Shown in pieces: positions 59,281 through 64,000 of a DNA stretch of 64,000 bases. The notes beneath the pieces are model-generated. The model searched no databases. It had not been told where the DNA came from and saw only the letters and a list, made by a program, of their open reading frames with translations. This stretch comes from Macrostomum lignano. Lineage: Eukaryota. How positions within the stretch are numbered: the stretch's first letter is position 1; the number at the start of each line of letters is the position of its first letter. The translations under genes were made by a program, and so were the position numbers. The DNA lies in assembly GCA_002269645.1 (NCBI GenBank), contig NIVC01003244.1, forward strand, positions 62,001-126,000, in the 5' to 3' direction.

Positions 59281-62200
59281 ATGACCGTCTCCCAGGGCAT
59301 CCACTGCTTGCAGGTCAACCTGCAGCACAGCATTGCAGCACACTGACCAATACGCGCCAGGGATTATCCTTATCCAGGAACCTTGGACGCTAAGGGGCAG
59401 GCCCCAACATGTCCCCACCGGCTACCAGTGTTTAACCGCTGGCACCCGGGAGGGTACCTGACACCAAGATCCTGCATCATGGTGTCCAGTTCTATTAACG
59501 CATGGCTCAGATCGGACCTGTCCACCAGGGACATCTGCGTCATCCAATTTGAAGACATACTCCCTGGGAGGACTACCCTCATCGCCTCGGTTTACCTACC
59601 GGGCGACGGCGAGATGATCCCAGGGGAGCTTGTCACATTGGTCGAGCTCTGCTCCACCAGAAATTATGAGCTGCTTGTGGCAGGCGATATCAACGCCCAC
59701 CATACCCACTGGGGCAGTTCTGATATTAACCAGAGAGGTGAAGACTTCCTGGTTTATATTGCTACTACAACCCTTGAGTTCTGTAACTCGGGTAGTACCC
59801 CTACCTTCAATAACGGACGCCGATCGGAGGTGCTGGATGCCACCCTCGCCACGCCCAGGCTCTTCCTGAGCACTAGGGAGTGGCGGGTGCTTCCTGAGGC
59901 GTCCCTCTCCGATCACAAGTTCATCTCTTTCACGCTGGCCAGCGCTCGAAACGCAGGCCAGCTTTACTGGAAACGGAATGCTAGGAATACTGACTGGACC
60001 GCCTTCAGGCTTGCCCTGGAGGAGACCTATCGTTGCACTAGCGCTCCAGTCTCCATCAACACCTGCGAGGAAGCAGATGATTTTGCGGCCGCACTTACGG
60101 ACTCGCTCACTGCTGCCTTCGAAGCCTCATGCCCACTAAAGGCATATAAAGGCAAACAGTCGGCCCCATGGTGGAACCCGCAGCTTGGCGACCTCCGTCG
60201 CAGAGCCAAAAGGCTTCACCGCAGGGCCCAAAAAACTAAAAACCCGGCCGACCAAACCGCCTACCTGAACTCTATCCACGAGTTCAAGAGGCAGGTTAGG
60301 AACGCCAAAACCAACAAGTGGCGCGAATACTGTGAGGAACTTGAGGGCTCCCGCCCCACCTCCAGAATTGTTAAAGCCCTCACCCTGGACAAAATGTCCA
60401 AACTCTCCTCAGTCAAGAGAGCCGACGGCTCGCTCACTGAGAACCCAGGAGAAACACTGGAAGCGATGCTAACAGCGTTTTTGCCGAACGAGCCAGCCAG
60501 GCCCGACCCCCCTGACCACTCAGTGGGCGGTCACGTACTGACTGACTCAATCATCACGGAGGACCGCGTTACTAAAGCAGTCTCCTCCTTCAAACCCTTC
60601 AAATCCCCAGGACCGGACGGCGTTGTGCCAGCCTTCCTGCGGTAGGCGGTGAAATGCACCGGTTTCCTGCGGAACCTTTGCCGGCTTCTGAAAGCTTGCA
60701 TTGCTCTCGGCTTTGTTCCGAAACCCTGGACCGAGGCCAAGGTGGTTTTTATCCCCAAGCCCGGCCGACCGGACTACCGGCCCATTAAATCCTTCAGACC
60801 AATTAGCCTCACCTCCTCACTGGTGAAGCTGTTAGAGAGACTGGTGCTCTGGCGCCTCCTCTCTGTGGAACTGAAGAACAAGCCGCTCAATGAGAACCAG
60901 CACGCCTTTCGGGCAGGCAGGTCCACGGAGAGCGCGCTTCATGTCTTGGTCGACGTGCTGGAGAAAGCCGTTCTTGGCAATGGCTACGCTCTCGCTGTCT
61001 TCATCGACATTGTTGGAGCCTTCGATAGTGTCCTCTTTGAGGCTTTCGACAGAGCTCTACGTGCTAGAGGAACCCACTCGCACCTCACCCGGTGGATCAT
61101 GTATATGATCAGCCACAGTACTGCCACCGCACACCTGCTGGGCCACCAACGGACGGTAACCGTCTGCAAAGGCAACCCCCAGGGCGGTGTCCTCTTTCCA
61201 GTCCTCTGGAACATGGTCATCGATGAGCTCCTCCAGGACAGCCATCTTGACCCCATTCTTAAGGTCGGTTACGCCGATGATGTCACAGCCGTGGCATCCG
61301 GTCCGTCACCTGAAACCCTTAGGGACCTTCTGCAAAACTTTATTCGCTCTGCTGAACAATGGGCGGACAGGTGCGGCCTCAGGCTCTCTGAGACCAAAAC
61401 TGTCGCGATCATATTCACCAGCAGGGTTAACTGGCGTATTCGCCCACTAAAGCTTTACGGGGTGGAAATCCCATCCTGCAAGCAAGCCAAGTGTCTCGGC
61501 GTTACGCTGGACCACCGGCTGAGCTGGTCCACCCACGTCCAGGCCAAAACCAAAAAAGCCCTCGCGATTCTTGCGCAGCTGCGCAGAGCCGTCGGCACCA
61601 CCTGGGGCCTCACCCCAAAACGGCTCTGGTGGATCTATACCGCAATGGTCCGACCGGCCGTCACTTACGCCGGCCTGGTCTGGACCAGCGCCTTGCAGAT
61701 TAAAACCTTCCACGAAGCCCTCAAAAAGGTGCAGGGACGCGCGTGCCGCATGATCGTGAATGCCCCGCTCTCTGCTCCCTTTGACGGCCTCAACGCCTTT
61801 CTTTGCCTCCCGCCTCTGGACATTTTTGTCCGTCGCGAGGCTGCTAAAACCACCCGCCGGCTCATCGAGGCTGGCGTTAGCTTCAAGCCACAAAGAGCGA
61901 TGGCGAAGCGCAAGCTCCTGCCGCACTCTGACCTGAGCCTTAAAGTTCTGGAGGAGAGTGGGAATGCGGCTGTCCTTTCGGACGCTGAGTCGCGCTCCCT
62001 CAATCTCTACCAACGCTTCAAGGTCACTATCCCCTCTAGGGAGAACGCCAACGACAGCTGGGCCCCTCTGGAGGTTCACTGCTTTACTGACGGATCCTCC
62101 AAAGACGATCTATCCGGCTTTGGAGTCTGTATCCTTATCAATGGCCGCGTGATCGCTACTCACGCCCAACACACTGGCAGACTCTCCAGCGTCTTCCAAA

Positions 62201-62943
62201 ACGAAGTCTTTGCCATCAGCTCCTGTGCAGCTGAGCTCCACTGCAGGGAGTTCAAGGACAGAAGAATCTTCTTCCACTCTGACAGCCAGGCCGATTTGCA
62301 GGCCCTGTGTCACACCACTACGAACTCCCGAACAGTCCGCGACTGTATCGGGCAGCTCAACAAGCTGGCTCGGAGGAACACCGTCCGGCTTACGTGGATC
62401 CCAGGACACGCCGGCTTCAAAGGTAACGAGCTCGCCGACTCCCTCGCTAAGGCAGGCTGTTCCGGCTCGCCCCTTGGCCCCGTGCCCCTGGCCCCCATCC
62501 CCGCCACTGTCATTAATCGTCAGATTAACGACTGGGCGGACATCCTGCACTTGCGCAGATGGGATGGTATCTCCAACTGCCGCCAATCCCGTGCGGCAGT
62601 GCCCAATCCGTCCCTCAAGCTGCGGAGAATCCTTTTGAACCAAAATCGAAAAGATATCCGCGCTCTCACTATGACCTTCACAGGTCACGGTTGCTTTGCC
62701 AGGCACTGTTTCCTCCGAAGTGCCCGCCGGAGCGAACTCTGCCCTTTCTGCAACCTCGAGAACGAAGACGCCAAGCACTTCGTCTGCTACTGCCCGGCCT
62801 TCAACCGAGACCGGCTCAAACACCTCGGGCCCAACCCGTCCCTGAACATCCCACAGCTCATCCGGTTCCTCCAGGCCACCAAGCGAGCCTCCGTCTTCCC
62901 CACCGAAGACAACGCTGCAGACAGGACTGGCAGACCTCCCTGA
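59281..62943 (+). pseudogene. LINE B ORF2 (APE-RT-RNase H-CCHC), nearly intact
   Basis: QVNLQH and IQEPW lie in a compensating frameshift pair (~59345-59460); GDINAHH, SDHK; one in-frame TAG at 60643-60645; PQGGVL, YADD, FTDGS, WIPGHAGFKGNELAD, CPFC..HFVCYC. Confidence 0.92.
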
Positions 62944-63055
62944 CCGGCCCCGCGCCCTAGCCTATGCGGGTCTTTCAGGGATTAGCGGAATGGGCGACGC
63001 TCGCCTCCCCGCTGCGTCTTCGGACCGCCCTGCAGCTAAGTCAAGTAAGTCAAAA

Positions 63056-63595
63056 GACAGTCGTCTTTTGTCCCACTCTGACAGTCGTCTTTTGTCCCAC
63101 TCTGACAGTCATCTTTTGTCCCACTCTGACTGTCGTCTTTTGTCCCACTCTGACAGTCATCTTTTGTCCCACTCTGACTGTCGTCTTTTGTCCCACTCTG
63201 ACAGTCATCTTTTGTCCCACTCTGACAGTCATCTTTTGACGCCACTCTGACAGTCGTCTTTTGGCGCCACTCTGACAGTCATCTTTTGTCCCACTCTGAC
63301 AGTCGTATTTTGGCGCCACTCTGACAGTCGTCTTTTGACGCCACTCTGACAGTCGTCTTTTGTCCCACTCTGACAGTCGTATTTTGACGCCACTCTGACA
63401 GTCATCTTTTGACGCCACTCTGACAGTCGTCTTTTGTCCCACTCTGACAGTCGTCTTTTGACGCCACTTTGACAGTCGTCATTTGGCGCCACTCTCACAC
63501 ACGTCTTTTGGCGCCACTCTGACACATGTCTTTTGGCGCCACTCTGACACACGTCTTTTGGCGCCACTCTGACACACGTCTTTTGGCGCCACTCG
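63056..63595. repeat. 24/25-bp minisatellite, right part (split by LINE B)
   Basis: Same units as 56211-56955. Confidence 0.95.
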
Positions 63596-64000
63596 ATTTT
63601 TGGCGCCTCCCTCATTATCTCTCTACTGCGTCTCTGCCTCCCTTGGCGCTTTAACCCTTACTGACACTAACAAAAGAAAACGGTTCGGATAGTACGGCGC
63701 TTTTATTGACATTCAATTTGGCGCCATTTTTGGCATTTAATTCGGCGCCATTGTTGACATTTAATGTAACGCCATAGCTGACATCTAGTTTGGCGCTATT
63801 TTTGAAATTCTATTTGGCGTCATTGCTGACACTAATTTCTGCCGTATGTGACCCTTATCCCAGGTCCCGAATGACTTACCGGTGGTGTCTCCGGGGCTGT
63901 GACGCCCTGGCCCGGTGTCGCTGTCCTCAACGGCATCGTCTCGGAATTCGCGCCGCGAGAAGCTGCCACCGGCAGAGGCGCCCTGGCGCCCGATTGGCGC

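Larger units (their letters stand above)
56956..63055 (+). mobile_element. Full-length non-LTR retrotransposon, LOA-like, copy B (antisense in a SYT12 intron)
   Basis: 13-bp TSD GACAGTCGTCTTT at 56943-56955 and 63056-63068; ORF1, APE-RT-RNase H-CCHC ORF2, tail TAAGTCAAGTAAGTCAA. Confidence 0.95.

Noticed and set aside
43153-60645. Stop-codon readthrough or alternative code suggested by in-frame TAGs at 43153, 57631 and 60643
   Set aside because: The stops are at non-homologous positions in the two copies (60643 aligns with GAA/Glu in copy A; 43153 with Leu in copy B), both copies carry frameshifts, and TAG appears as a normal terminator (LINE B ORF1, ORF ending at 9279).

Overview
Eukaryotic (animal) genomic DNA, intron-rich and crowded with minisatellites. 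The style (poly-Q exons, dense minisatellites, homopolymer-type errors) is consistent with a flatworm such as Macrostomum, but this is inference only. Seven host genes are supported: a ZNRF3/RNF43-like PA-TM-RING ligase, an unknown 5-exon minus-strand gene, a secreted WSC+PAN protein, an intronless Trp-heptad coiled-coil protein, a CAP/SCP protein, a VWDE-like EGF/D8C/VWD surface protein and a synaptotagmin-12 orthologue. Two full-length, TSD-flanked but degenerate LOA-like LINEs (ORF1; APE-RT-RNase H-CCHC) lie at 42064-47811 and 56956-63055. The main discovery is an RNA system around these LINEs. Each starts with a complete HDV-like double-pseudoknot ribozyme fold (in the 56956 copy the predicted cleavage site is exactly the TSD-defined 5' junction), with a ~170-nt structured J1/2 insert and a second conserved structured domain downstream. 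Both share a 3' stem-loop motif that also occurs in a tRNA-derived SINE present twice in the window, a candidate LINE-SINE pair. Also present are four MITE-like elements, a Tc1 remnant, an LTR-like promoter with MEF2/AP-1/CRE sites and a probable assembly duplication around an N gap. All RNA folds were derived by eye and are untested.
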